Assembly (NCBI GenBank): GCA_035362275.1 | Contig: DAOSDI010000002.1 | Location: 2,232-66,231, forward strand | Source of the DNA: Candidatus Pacearchaeota archaeon | Lineage (GTDB): Bacteria > Patescibacteriota > Minisyncoccia > Minisyncoccales > UBA5738 | Direction: 5' to 3' | DNA length: 64,000 nucleotides | Shown: piece after piece, positions 23,392 to 33,436 of the stretch | Position numbering within the stretch: the first letter of the stretch is position 1 | How the letters are laid out: each line of letters begins with the position of its first letter | Translations under genes and position numbers: made by a program | The notes under the pieces: generated by a model | Told to the model about the DNA's origin: nothing | Seen by the model: only the letters and a program-made list of their open reading frames with translations | Database searches by the model: none

Positions 23392-25512
23392 CTAATTCGC
23401 CAAGGTTTCTTTTTTCACGCGGTATTCTTTGCGGTCTTTGTATTCCTGCTGTTTGCCGGTGTTGAATTGCGTCACCGGCCGCAAATAGCCCACCACGCGG
23501 GTGTAGACTTCGCAGGGCTGTTCAATGGCGCATTTGGGACATTTGAAATGCTCGCCGGCAATGTAGCCATGCGTGGGGCAGATGGAAAACGTCGGCGTGA
23601 GCGTAATGTAGGGCAATCGGAATTTTTCAAAAATCTTCTTCACCAGCGCCTTGACGCTCTGCGTATCGGACAATCTCTCCCCCAAAAAAAGATGCTGGAC
23701 CGTGCCGCCGTTATAGCGGCATTGGATCTCGTCTTGAAGCTTCAACGCCTCAAACACATCATCGGTAAAATTAACCGGCAACTGCGACGAATTGGTATAA
23801 TAGGGACTCTTTTTTGTGCCCGCCGCGGCAATGTCGGGATATTTTGCTTTGTCTTTCAAGCACAGGCGGTAAGCGGTGGATTCACCCGGCGTCGCTTCCA
23901 AATTATAAATGTTGCCGGTTTCTTTTTGATAGGCCACCATCCGCTCGCGCATAAAATCCATCACTTCCAGGGCGAATGCTCTCCCCTTTTTGGAGGCGAT
24001 ATTTTCGTCCAAAAAGTTAACCAGCATCTCGTTCATCCCCACCAATCCGATGGTGGAAAAATGATTGCCGTAATATTGGCCGCGGGATTTTTTGATGTTG
24101 GACAAATAATGGCGGGAATAGGGATACAGCCCTTTTTCAATGTAGTTTTCAATCACCTTGCGCTTCAACTCCAAGCTCTCTTTGGCCAGATCCATCAATC
24201 GTTCCAGCCGCTGGAAAAATTCTTTTTTCGTCTTTGACAGATAGCCCAGCCGCGGCATATTGATGGTCACCACGCCGATGGACCCGGTAAGCGCGCCACT
24301 GCCAAACAGCCCGCCGCCGCCGCGATTGTGCAGTTCGGTGAGGTCAAGGCGCAGGCGGCAACACATTGAGCGCACATCTTCGGGGCTGATGTCGGAATTG
24401 ATGTAATTGGTGAAATAATTGACGCCATATTTGGCCGTGGCCTCCCACATCGGCTCCAGCGCCGGATTGTCCCAGTCAAAATTTTTGGTGATGCTTACCG
24501 TCGGAATGGGAAAAGTGAATACCCGCTGATTTTTGTCTCCCTCCAGCATCACCTCGTAAAAGGCGCGGTTGAGCATATTCATTTCTTCCTGAAACTCGCC
24601 ATAGGTTTTATCCTGCGGCACGCCGCCGATGATCACCGGCTGTTTGGCAAACGACGGCGCCGGCGTCAAATCCAGCGTCACGTTGGAAAACGGACACTGA
24701 AATCCCACCCGCGTGGGCGTGGCCATGTTGAACAAAAACTCCTGCATCGCCTGCTTGACTTGGTGATAATTCAAATTGTCATAATAAATGAACGGCGCGA
24801 TCAATGTGTCAAAATTGGAAAAGCTCACCGCGCCGGCCACTTCTCCGGCCAGAGTGTAGATGAAATTCACGGCCTGTCCCAAAACCGTGCGCAAATGCTT
24901 GGGCGGTTTTGATTCCAATTTTCCCGGCGTGCCGCCAAAGCCGCGGCGCAGAAAATCATAGAGATCCCAGCCGGAGCAGTAAGGCGCCAAAGTGTCCAAA
25001 TTATGCAAATGGAAATCGCCCGATTCGTTGGCCTCGCGAATTTCCTTGGGATAAATTTTATTGAGCCAGTATTTCTTCACGATGTAGGACACCGCGTAGT
25101 GATTGAGTCCCTGCAAAGAAAAAGCCATATTGGCATTTTCTTGGACTTCCCAATCCATCTTTTCCAAATATTGATCCACCCGGTCCATCGCCTCATCGCT
25201 GGCCACCGCCGCCTCGCGGATTCGCCGCCTCTGCTCGCGGTAGAGAATGTAGGATTTGGCGGTTTCCACCAGCCCCTCCATAATCAACACCTCTTCAATA
25301 ATGTCTTGAATTTGCTCCACGCCGGGCACGCCGCCGTTTTTAAAACGGCGGATAAACAACTTGCGCGCCTGCTCGGCCATCTTTCTGGCTCTGGTTTCAT
25401 CGCCCTGTCCGGTCGCGGTAATCGCCTTGAAAATCGCGTTGACAATCCGGTCAAAGTCAAAGTCAACAATCCGGCCGTCCCTTTTTTGCACTTTGGTGAT
25501 TTTATTTTCCAT
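23392..25512 (-). CDS. nrdD: Anaerobic (class III) ribonucleoside-triphosphate reductase with an N-terminal ATP-cone
   Basis: ATP-cone KVQKRDGRIVDFDFDRIVNAI. C-terminal Zn ribbon CPTHGYIAGEHFKCPKC and glycyl-radical motif TRVVGYLRP. Confidence 0.95.
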   Translation of the reverse strand: MENKITKVQKRDGRIVDFDFDRIVNAIFKAITATGQGDETRARKMAEQARKLFIRRFKNGGVPGVEQIQDIIEEVLIMEGLVETAKSYILYREQRRRIREAAVASDEAMDRVDQYLEKMDWEVQENANMAFSLQGLNHYAVSYIVKKYWLNKIYPKEIREANESGDFHLHNLDTLAPYCSGWDLYDFLRRGFGGTPGKLESKPPKHLRTVLGQAVNFIYTLAGEVAGAVSFSNFDTLIAPFIYYDNLNYHQVKQAMQEFLFNMATPTRVGFQCPFSNVTLDLTPAPSFAKQPVIIGGVPQDKTYGEFQEEMNMLNRAFYEVMLEGDKNQRVFTFPIPTVSITKNFDWDNPALEPMWEATAKYGVNYFTNYINSDISPEDVRSMCCRLRLDLTELHNRGGGGLFGSGALTGSIGVVTINMPRLGYLSKTKKEFFQRLERLMDLAKESLELKRKVIENYIEKGLYPYSRHYLSNIKKSRGQYYGNHFSTIGLVGMNEMLVNFLDENIASKKGRAFALEVMDFMRERMVAYQKETGNIYNLEATPGESTAYRLCLKDKAKYPDIAAAGTKKSPYYTNSSQLPVNFTDDVFEALKLQDEIQCRYNGGTVQHLFLGERLSDTQSVKALVKKIFEKFRLPYITLTPTFSICPTHGYIAGEHFKCPKCAIEQPCEVYTRVVGYLRPVTQFNTGKQQEYKDRKEYRVKKETLAN

Positions 25513-25617
25513 GGCTTTTTATTCTTCCGCGTTTATCGGCAAATTGAAACGATTTTAAAATCGGCTCATATTCGTTTATAAACCGGCGATCAGAGATTTT
25601 AACAAAGACAATACCCC

Positions 25618-25645
25618 ATTTTAGCCCGCCCAAAAAATCCGTCAA
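25618..25645 (-). promoter_or_regulatory. Sigma-70-like promoter candidate for nrdD
   Basis: The minus strand reads TTGACG (25645-25640), a 16-nt spacer, then TAAAAT (25623-25618), about 105 nt upstream of the nrdD ATG. Confidence 0.35.
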
Positions 25646-25772
25646 ATCCCCCTTAAAAAATTCTAAACCCTAATTTCTAAACCCTAAACAAATCTAAAAT
25701 TCAAATTTAAAAAAATAATTTTTTTGTTTTGATTTTTAAATTCTGAATTTATTTAGAATTTGAAATTTAGTT

Positions 25773-26702
25773 TCAGAAGCCGGTGGCCACCACCGTGATT
25801 TTAATCTCCCCCTTAGGCAAGGTTTGATCATGCACCGCGCCAAAAATCACGCGCGCCCGCGCATTGATCTCGGAAGTGATAATCTTGGCGGCTTCTTCAA
25901 CCTCGGACAAACTGATATCCAATCCTCCGGAAACATTGAACAGCAAACCCTTGGCGCCGCGCGCCGGCGCGTCAAACAGCGGTGATTCCATCGCCGCCCG
26001 CGCCGCGATTTCCGCGCGCTTTTCTCCCCGCGCCCGGCCAATGCCGAAAATCGCCCGCCCGGAATCTTTTAATATGGAACGCACGTCGGCAAAATCAACA
26101 TTAATGATCCCCGGCGACAACACCAAGTCGGAAATACTCTGCACCGCCTGCCGCAACACTTCGTCGCAAAGCCAAAAGGCGTTGGCCAAAGTCGTGTCGG
26201 GATTCAGCGCCGCCAGCAATTTGTCGTTGGAAATGGAAATCAGCGAATCCACCTTGCCCTTGATGATGTCCAAACTTTCCTGCGCCACGCGCTGGCGGTA
26301 AGCACCTTCAAAGGAAAACGGCCGCGTCACCACCGCCACGGTGAGCGCGCCGGCGTTTCTGGCAATCTCGGCCACCACCGGCGCCGCGCCCGAACCCGTA
26401 CCTCCCCCCATCCCGCAGGCAACAAACACCATCCCGGCGCCGGCCAGCGCTTTTTGGATGTCTTCTTTTTGTTCTTCGGCGGCCTTGCGGCCCATTTCCG
26501 GATTCATCCCCGTCCCCAATCCCTGAGTGAGCTTTTTACCGATCTGGATTTTGACATCCGCCTTGACTTTTTTCAAGTCTTGATAATCCGAATTGAGCGC
26601 AATCAACTCCACTCCCCGGATCCGGTCTTTTTCCATACGGGAAATCGCATTGCACCCCGATCCCCCCACTCCCGCCACTTTGATATTGATTGGATTGAAC
26701 AT
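25773..26702 (-). CDS. ftsZ: Cell division GTPase FtsZ (core only, no C-terminal linker or tail)
   Basis: GVGGSGCNAISRM and the tubulin signature GMGGGTGSGAAPVVAEIA. The protein ends at ...KITVVATGF-stop. The ORF-track start at 26711 is TTG, so I use the ATG at 26702. Confidence 0.9.
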   Translation of the reverse strand: MFNPINIKVAGVGGSGCNAISRMEKDRIRGVELIALNSDYQDLKKVKADVKIQIGKKLTQGLGTGMNPEMGRKAAEEQKEDIQKALAGAGMVFVACGMGGGTGSGAAPVVAEIARNAGALTVAVVTRPFSFEGAYRQRVAQESLDIIKGKVDSLISISNDKLLAALNPDTTLANAFWLCDEVLRQAVQSISDLVLSPGIINVDFADVRSILKDSGRAIFGIGRARGEKRAEIAARAAMESPLFDAPARGAKGLLFNVSGGLDISLSEVEEAAKIITSEINARARVIFGAVHDQTLPKGEIKITVVATGF

Positions 26703-26814
26703 CTGAAACAATTTTCAATTTACAAACAAAACATAAATCCACGGTTTTCGTTTGATTCGTTGGAAATTGAAAATTCATTAAAAACTGATAATTGATAATT
26801 GATAACTGATATCA

Positions 26815-28035
26815 TTAGGGGACGAATATTTTGAAAAATCGCTTGATTTTCCCCAATCCCCCCGCCGAAAATCGCGAAGAGCCGGCAGACTCTTCTTCTT
26901 TTTCTTTCCATCCCGCCCGCGCCAGCCCGCAAACCGCCGCCAGCGACGGGTCGTCTTCAATATTGGAAAAATTCCGGAGTGCGCCAACCGCGCAGGTGAG
27001 TTGGAAAACTTTTTTGGCAACCTCATCGGCTCCCGGAACTTTGACGCCGCCGCCGACAAGAACGATGCCTCCGGGAAGTTTTTTCTCGCGGCCGATTTTT
27101 TTTAATTCTTTGTTGGCGAGTTCAAAAATTTCCGCCACGCGTTCCTGAATGATGCGGGAAACCAATCTTTGAGAAAATATCGCTCCCGCCGCTTTATCGT
27201 TTTCGCCGGCCAATTTGATTTTTTTATCCGCGCCCTTGAAGGCGCACATCCCCTTTTCCACTTTCAATCTTTCGGCGGTTTCCACGTCAACTTTCAGGCC
27301 GATGGCAATATCGTGCGTGATGTTGGCCGATCCGATCGGCAGAATCGCGATATGCGACAAATCCCCCTCTTCATAAACCGCTAATCCGGCGGTGCCCGCA
27401 CCGACATCCAACACCGCGGCGCCCAATTCTTTTTGTTGTTCGGACAACGCCGCGCCCGCGGCGGCGATCACCGCCGGCGCGCGATTGGCCACCTCCAAAC
27501 CGGCGCGCAACACCGCTTGATCCGAATTTTTCAAGTAAGGGGTAAATCCTGCCACGATCAGCACTTCGGCTTCCAGGCGGACCCCTTTCATTCCCACGGC
27601 GTCCTTGACGCCGGACTCCCCGTCCACCGCAAATTCCCGCGGATAAATGTCAACGATCTCTTTATTGGAAGACAGAGAGATCGTTCTGGCAGCCTGCAAA
27701 ACGCGGTCAACATCTTCGGCGGAAATACTGCCGTCGGCGCGGGAAACCGAAACCAATCCGTGCGACCGGGTACAAAAAATATGGCCGCCGTTAACGCTGA
27801 TGTGGACCTCCTCCAAATCATGCCCCACCGCCAACTGGGCGGCCTTGAGCGCTTCGCCGATGCATTTGGCGGCGGCTTCCGCGTCCACCACCACTCCCCG
27901 CCGCACCCCTCGCGACGGCTGGCCGGCGGCATAAGTAATTTCCAAATTTTCTTCTTCAGGGCGCTTTTGCGCCACCGCGATCTTTATTGAACTAGTGCCA
28001 ATGTCCAACCCGGTGATCAATGATGATTTCGCCAT
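26815..28035 (-). CDS. ftsA: Cell division protein FtsA (actin-like ATPase)
   Basis: LITGLDIGTSSIKIAV phosphate-1 motif, VLDVGAGTAGLAVY and GGIVLVGGGVKVPG, plus a C-terminal amphipathic helix LGKIKRFFKIF. I use the ATG at 28035 because the ORF-track start at 28056 is TTG. Confidence 0.9.
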   Translation of the reverse strand: MAKSSLITGLDIGTSSIKIAVAQKRPEEENLEITYAAGQPSRGVRRGVVVDAEAAAKCIGEALKAAQLAVGHDLEEVHISVNGGHIFCTRSHGLVSVSRADGSISAEDVDRVLQAARTISLSSNKEIVDIYPREFAVDGESGVKDAVGMKGVRLEAEVLIVAGFTPYLKNSDQAVLRAGLEVANRAPAVIAAAGAALSEQQKELGAAVLDVGAGTAGLAVYEEGDLSHIAILPIGSANITHDIAIGLKVDVETAERLKVEKGMCAFKGADKKIKLAGENDKAAGAIFSQRLVSRIIQERVAEIFELANKELKKIGREKKLPGGIVLVGGGVKVPGADEVAKKVFQLTCAVGALRNFSNIEDDPSLAAVCGLARAGWKEKEEESAGSSRFSAGGLGKIKRFFKIFVP

Positions 28036-28045
28036 GCAAAATTTT

Positions 28046-28495
28046 TTAAAAGTCAACTCTCAATTTTGAAAGATATTCTTCTTCCTTTTTGCGCATTGAA
28101 CGCGCCGCGGCCTCGTTTTTTTCGTGGTCATATCCCAGCAAATGCAACGTTCCGTGAATCGCCACCCACGCCGCTTGACAATCAAAAGCGCGCCTCGCCT
28201 GCTTGGCGTCTTGAGCGACAACTTCGGGACAAATCACCAACTCTCCCAAAATTCTCCCGCCGACAAGCTCTTTGCCTTCGCAATGCGCGAAAGATAGGAC
28301 ATCAGTGGCGCAATCCACCATACGATATTTTTTATTGAGCGCTCTGATCCTGTTTTTTCCGACAAAAACCAGCGACAGTTCGCCGCGCGATTTTGACTCC
28401 CCCTCCATTACGGCCGCCGCCGCTTTTTTAATCAGCGGCGCGTTGATTTTTCGGCCAGTTAAATTGTTAATTTCAATAATCGGTTCCATCTTCAT
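28046..28495 (-). CDS. ybeY: rRNA maturation endoribonuclease YbeY
   Basis: HGTLHLLGYDH zinc-binding motif. I use the ATG at 28495 because the ORF-track start at 28531 is TTG. Confidence 0.85.
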   Translation of the reverse strand: MKMEPIIEINNLTGRKINAPLIKKAAAAVMEGESKSRGELSLVFVGKNRIRALNKKYRMVDCATDVLSFAHCEGKELVGGRILGELVICPEVVAQDAKQARRAFDCQAAWVAIHGTLHLLGYDHEKNEAAARSMRKKEEEYLSKLRVDF

Positions 28496-28543
28496 TTTAC
28501 CAGACAAAAAGCCCGAACGCAAATCAATCAACGCGGCGCCGCG

Positions 28544-29182
28544 TCATTCCGCAAATTTCAATGTCGCAATGGCCGATTGGTAAAGCCGTTCGTCATAATC
28601 GTCCGCCCCGCCGCATTTTTCCGCCGCTTCTTTAGCCAGCATACCAAACTCAAACACCCGCCCGGCGTTCTCAACAAACACCGAACTGCCGTACAGGCCG
28701 GCCTTCGGAGTTTGGTAACTGGTTTTCACCGCCGGCCGGCCGGCGGCATTGATGTTTTCCCGCGATTCAACTTCCATCCCCTGCAACTGCCGCGCCATAA
28801 AATCTTCCAATGTTTCATTTTCGCTCCCCGCAAAAAAATAGAAATCATCCAATGAAAATCCGTCCTCGGTCTTTTGGGGCGACGGACAACGCGCATCGCC
28901 GGCAACCGTCGGATAGCGCAATTCCAGACCCCAGCGATCATCGCGATAAACCGCTAACGCAAACCCGCCTTCGGGTGCGGGCGCGCCCTCTTCGGCAGTT
29001 TGTTCGGGCGGCAGTGCGGATTCGGTTTCGGGATTGTCGGCAACTTCAATGATATCAACTTTTTCCTGCGGATAGCGGTAGACGTTGAAATAAAAATCCA
29101 AGGCAATCCACGCGAAAACCCCGACCGCCAGCCCCGCGACTATCCAATTGAAATTATAATTTCCTTTTTTCCTCCTCGCCAT
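28544..29182 (-). CDS. Membrane-anchored hypothetical protein, distant member of the anchored W/Y-R-x-x-x-G-(F/L)-E-x-x-Y-P paralog family
   Basis: N-terminal TM anchor and the motif LAVYRDDRWGLELRYPTV. Confidence 0.5.
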   Translation of the reverse strand: MARRKKGNYNFNWIVAGLAVGVFAWIALDFYFNVYRYPQEKVDIIEVADNPETESALPPEQTAEEGAPAPEGGFALAVYRDDRWGLELRYPTVAGDARCPSPQKTEDGFSLDDFYFFAGSENETLEDFMARQLQGMEVESRENINAAGRPAVKTSYQTPKAGLYGSSVFVENAGRVFEFGMLAKEAAEKCGGADDYDERLYQSAIATLKFAE

Positions 29183-29357
29183 GATTTTTTAATTATTAAT
29201 GTTCGCTAATTGACTTGAATATAGAATATGCCTGATTTAGCTTTATTTTCAGACTTGTTGATATTCAAGCTATTATGCGATAGTTAATAGTTGTTTTATT
29301 CCAACACGATATGCCAAAACAAAAACTCGTTCAAACAAGCATTGCATCCGGCATCGT

Positions 29358-30569
29358 TCAATCAAATTTTAAGGTGGAAATAATCGGAAATAAAATTTCA
29401 TCCCTCATTGTTTCATCAAAAGATTTTTCCGGCTCCTTGTCGCACAAATCATCCCTTCCATAGGAACTCCTAATAAGTAATCCCATAGTTATTTTATAAC
29501 AAAATCCATTATGCAATGTCTTGTAAGTATAATCCATATTCACCTCGCCGCCCATCGCGTGATCGTCGCTATAATCCCGATAAAAAGTAAGGCCATTGAC
29601 TTCTTTTGTTTCTGGCCAGCCGCTTTGCGTTAACTCCCAGGAACGCTGATTTATATAATTCTGGTTCGTTGTCGGCTGATATATAATGCTTTTTTGACAA
29701 TCAGGATCATCACCCTTGCTAAAATCAACCCACATGTGTTCGCACATCAGACAAGGGTCATCGCTTTGGCATTTAAAAATAATCCTATTATTGGCGCGAT
29801 CAAATGATTCATGCCACTTGATCGGATAATTGACATTTATTCCTATATTTTGATTCCGATATATTCCTGGCACAATATTATCGGCAGAATCGAACAATTC
29901 AACAAATTTGAATGTGGAAAGCATTTGGTTAAAAAATTCATTTGGTTCAATATTATCGTTTGGAGATAGTCTTATAAAAAAATCAGCATTGTCATTAAAA
30001 ATTATAACTATTGTTGAACCAAAATCGCCCAATTCACCAATAGAATCGCCGCCCGAGGATAAAAGGTAAAACTTAACCCAATATTCTGCAACCTTACCAT
30101 CCGCGACCAAATTGGCCTTCCGAATAATATTATTTTTTACAGCATTATCAAGTTTTTGAACATAAATTGATCTGTGGGAATTGTTAATTTCGTAAATAAA
30201 TTGAATGTTTTTTGAATGTCGCTCGTCGCGCGTGCTATCACGATTATTGATCGTAAATTTATAATCATTGATTTGGGGAAAATTTATCTCAAAACCGTAT
30301 TCCTCATTGCGGTAAGTTTGCCAATCGGAAGTGTCAACCGCTTCGCCTTGCGCCAAAGTTGGCGCGGCGGCCTGTCCCGGCTCAATCGCCGTCGTCGTGG
30401 CGGCAGCCGGTTCCGACGGTATATCTTTCAAAATATTTTCATCCGCCGGCGCGGGGTTAGTTCGGGCGGTTTGATTGAAATAAAGATACGCGCCCGCGCC
30501 GATCGCGGCCAGCGACAGCACAATCAAAACAACAACCAGCGTCGCAAACTCTTTTTGATTTGGATCCAT
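29358..30569 (-). CDS. Membrane-anchored extracytoplasmic protein, paralog family (403 aa)
   Basis: N-terminus MDPNQKEFATLVVVLIVLSLAAIGAGAYLY, a Pro/Ala-rich linker, then WQTYRNEEYGFEINFPQ. Confidence 0.6.
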   Translation of the reverse strand: MDPNQKEFATLVVVLIVLSLAAIGAGAYLYFNQTARTNPAPADENILKDIPSEPAAATTTAIEPGQAAAPTLAQGEAVDTSDWQTYRNEEYGFEINFPQINDYKFTINNRDSTRDERHSKNIQFIYEINNSHRSIYVQKLDNAVKNNIIRKANLVADGKVAEYWVKFYLLSSGGDSIGELGDFGSTIVIIFNDNADFFIRLSPNDNIEPNEFFNQMLSTFKFVELFDSADNIVPGIYRNQNIGINVNYPIKWHESFDRANNRIIFKCQSDDPCLMCEHMWVDFSKGDDPDCQKSIIYQPTTNQNYINQRSWELTQSGWPETKEVNGLTFYRDYSDDHAMGGEVNMDYTYKTLHNGFCYKITMGLLIRSSYGRDDLCDKEPEKSFDETMRDEILFPIISTLKFD

Positions 30570-30583
30570 AAGTTTGTTTGTTT

Positions 30584-32014
30584 TTATCGCATTAAAAGAA
30601 AATACTTTAATGGAATCTTTATCGCATTATTTTCTTTCGAATATTCCAATTCGTCATTAGAAACAATAATGCTGTATTCGGGCTTTATTTTTTGCGCCGT
30701 CGCAATTGCCTGCCGATATCCTTTTTTGCCCGCGCCGATTTCCATCACAATCCTGCGCTTGCCCAAGGTAATAATAAAATCGGCGCCGCCCTCGGAAACA
30801 TCGTAAGTCAACGAACAATCGCCAAACTGCGGTAAAATTCCGTTCAAATACATTCCCGCCAAATCTTCAAACAAACTTCCCTGATAATTTTCGAATACAT
30901 CCGCGCTCTCTCTGGCCGCCAAATATGAAAATCGGAGCGCCGGCGTTGCAAAAAGATATTTTGACGGTTTTTTAACCTGTCGAAAATGGGCGCCGAAAGG
31001 CGCAACCCGCGAAACCAGACCGGAACTTTCAAGAGATTTCAAAATGAGACGCAAAGTGTCGGGCTTCATTTCCATCGTTTGGCTCAACTTTGTCACGCTC
31101 ACCCCCAATGTTTCGGAAATCAAATACAATATCTTATCAATCCGGTTTAATGTTTCGGTTTCAAATTTGTAAAACTGCGGAATATCGGAATAGATTATCT
31201 TGTTGATAATCTGCGCAATAAAACTTGCCGCCATCCCCTCATTGTCCATTTTCAGCGCAAACGGAAATGTCCCGAATTTTACATACCGGCTTATTTCCAG
31301 CAAATCAATATCCAGCCAGTATTTTTTTATTCCGGCACTTTCTTTTTGCAATTTTTCAAACGCGTCTTGGGCGCTTTGCGAACGCAAAATCGCGCCTTCA
31401 ACCGCCCGCATTACCTCATCTGCCGGCGGCTTGCCGTATTTAAAAAGCAAATACTCGGAAAAACCGACTGGATTGACATCAACAAAAAAAACCCGGCGAG
31501 CAATATCGGCGCCAACTTGTTCGCGCAACAACAACGCCGCCGATCCGGTGCAAAAAATCATTACTTTTTTTGATTTGTCATACATTGACTTCAAAAAAAA
31601 CGCCCACTTCTCGTCGTAATGGATTTCGTCCAAAAAAAGAATCAGCGGCGCGTCAATTTCTTCCAAACGCTTGCCGACCAATTCTTCATAGTTCTCAAAA
31701 ATGTCCCACAAACCGATGCCAAATCTTTTTATCGTTTCGTCGGCCGAAAGATAAAATTTGCCGACATTTCCATCCAATGACAAAAAAAGCTGGGCCAATA
31801 AAGTGGTCTTGCCGGTGCCGCGCAATCCGGGCATAACGATTATCCGCGGTTCACCGCCTTTAGCCAAAAAATCAAGCATGTAACGGCGCAACTCAAAAAA
31901 CACGCTCCGCTTGAAAAGCGGCTTTCCTTGGACATCGTTGGCCATGCTTCGCAACCGCTTGGGTGCCGAAACGATCTGTGCCCGGATATATTCTTGAAAT
32001 TCTTTATTTGCCAT
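30584..32014 (-). CDS. AAA+ ATPase (COG1373-like) with a C-terminal nuclease-like module
   Basis: Walker A GLRGTGKTTLLAQL and Walker B ILFLDEIHY. The C-terminus has GGADFIITLGKRRIVMEIGAGKK. Confidence 0.65.
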   Translation of the reverse strand: MANKEFQEYIRAQIVSAPKRLRSMANDVQGKPLFKRSVFFELRRYMLDFLAKGGEPRIIVMPGLRGTGKTTLLAQLFLSLDGNVGKFYLSADETIKRFGIGLWDIFENYEELVGKRLEEIDAPLILFLDEIHYDEKWAFFLKSMYDKSKKVMIFCTGSAALLLREQVGADIARRVFFVDVNPVGFSEYLLFKYGKPPADEVMRAVEGAILRSQSAQDAFEKLQKESAGIKKYWLDIDLLEISRYVKFGTFPFALKMDNEGMAASFIAQIINKIIYSDIPQFYKFETETLNRIDKILYLISETLGVSVTKLSQTMEMKPDTLRLILKSLESSGLVSRVAPFGAHFRQVKKPSKYLFATPALRFSYLAARESADVFENYQGSLFEDLAGMYLNGILPQFGDCSLTYDVSEGGADFIITLGKRRIVMEIGAGKKGYRQAIATAQKIKPEYSIIVSNDELEYSKENNAIKIPLKYFLLMR

Positions 32015-32188
32015 AATACTAACCTATCATAAGGGGTTAGCAAATGTCAACACTAACCCTTTACAAAGGGTTAGTAATCATCACCGAGGCCGAAACTGCG
32101 GCGATCATGCCACCAGCAACCCCATCAGCAAAACCACTCTGGCTTGGTTTTGATTTTTTAAATTGAAATATTTTTATTAACCCAGCGG

Positions 32189-33433
32189 TTAGTTATATTT
32201 TATGGTTTTTTCTTCTTTCTTAATCAACTTTCCGTTTTCCAATTTGTAAATTTCTTCAACTGTCCTGCTAGTCATATTTTGACGATCGAAATCAGTATCC
32301 CTGGTAATCTTTATAAAACCACCATCAAATAAAACCGATTTTATTTCCAAACCATATCCATCTAAAAGAATAGTATTCTCTTTACCGGGGCAAATCCATT
32401 TTTCATTTTGTTTTTCCAAAATCTGCATATATTTCGGATATATATGGCTTAATTTATCAAATTCCGTAATAAACACAACCGATTCGTTATTTCCGTCATT
32501 GTCAACATCGGCAACCAAAAATTTTTCCACATCCAAGGTCGCAACATAATCGACCGGCTCTTCATTTTCAAAAAAATTATATTCATAACCGGCCTCGCCG
32601 TCCGCTAAATCCAAATTTGACCGCGGATAAGGTTGCGATATGCAAACCGAAGCATTATATAATTCATTCATTTGCTTATCCGCTTGCGTTTCGGAAATCT
32701 TATTAACCTTAAAAGAAGACATAATCAACGAAATAAGATCTTTTTCATCCGGATCCAGTTCCCATCCATGTATAAACGTCTCAAAATCAACAATAAATAC
32801 ATTATATTTGTGTTTTTGCGACGAAGCATGGATTGTCACCGGCAACTTAAAATAATAATACAATGCGCCACCATCATCATTTTTTGATTCAATTACTGCC
32901 ACCGGCAAACCGTTTATTTCTTTTTTTTCGATATTTTCTATATTTGAATTCCCTATTTTTTTGCTTTTTATTTTTTCATCCAAAAATAAATCAAAATTTT
33001 CAATAAATGATGCTGCGATGTTTATCTGGTTATCCCTTATATCATTGTAGTAAGAATATTCGGTTCCCGACCAATCGACAGGCAATTTAATTTCGTATCC
33101 GAATTTTTCACTTCGCCGAACGTTCCAATCTTTTGAATCATAATTTTCTATTGTTTTTTTAAGATATTCATGCCATGCGATTTCTTTTTCGGTTAAAATT
33201 TCATCTTGGATTGCGATCTCAGTCTTAACCGGCTCTTCCGATTCTTCAACTTCGGTTTTAACTTCTTTTTCGCCAACAACCGACTGGTTTTCGGTTTTTT
33301 GGACCGCAGGCGCAGGTTTTGGCGTGGCAACCTGAGTTTGATAGACCCAAACGCCGGCGCCGGCCAAAAGCGCCGCCGTAATAACCAGCGCGACGACAAT
33401 TGCCGCAAATCCTTTTTGGTTTATTTCCTCCAT
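32189..33433 (-). CDS. Membrane-anchored extracytoplasmic protein, paralog family (414 aa)
   Basis: N-terminus MEEINQKGFAAIVVALVITAALLAGAGVWVYQTQ, a linker, then WNVRRSEKFGYEIKLPVDW, with an FG-GAP-like DVDNDGNNE later. The gene starts 3 nt after the upstream ATPase stop. Confidence 0.6.
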   Translation of the reverse strand: MEEINQKGFAAIVVALVITAALLAGAGVWVYQTQVATPKPAPAVQKTENQSVVGEKEVKTEVEESEEPVKTEIAIQDEILTEKEIAWHEYLKKTIENYDSKDWNVRRSEKFGYEIKLPVDWSGTEYSYYNDIRDNQINIAASFIENFDLFLDEKIKSKKIGNSNIENIEKKEINGLPVAVIESKNDDGGALYYYFKLPVTIHASSQKHKYNVFIVDFETFIHGWELDPDEKDLISLIMSSFKVNKISETQADKQMNELYNASVCISQPYPRSNLDLADGEAGYEYNFFENEEPVDYVATLDVEKFLVADVDNDGNNESVVFITEFDKLSHIYPKYMQILEKQNEKWICPGKENTILLDGYGLEIKSVLFDGGFIKITRDTDFDRQNMTSRTVEEIYKLENGKLIKKEEKTIKYN

Positions 33434-33436
33434 AAT

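Noticed and set aside
25513-25772. NrdR box or cobalamin riboswitch upstream of nrdD
   Set aside because: I could not find tandem 16-bp NrdR-type palindromes (acaCwAtATaTwGtgt) or the conserved B12-box core. Only a small CGATTTTAAAATCG palindrome and a promoter-like sequence are present.
32015-32188. Possible gene remnant or small ORF between the 414-aa paralog and ATPase-476 (…GFADGVAGGMIAAVSASVMITNPL)
   Set aside because: There is no start codon with a reasonable length (only 15 aa from an ATG). The region is better described as TAACCC-type hairpins (32052-32077) plus a fragment resembling the CACCGAGGC repeat family.
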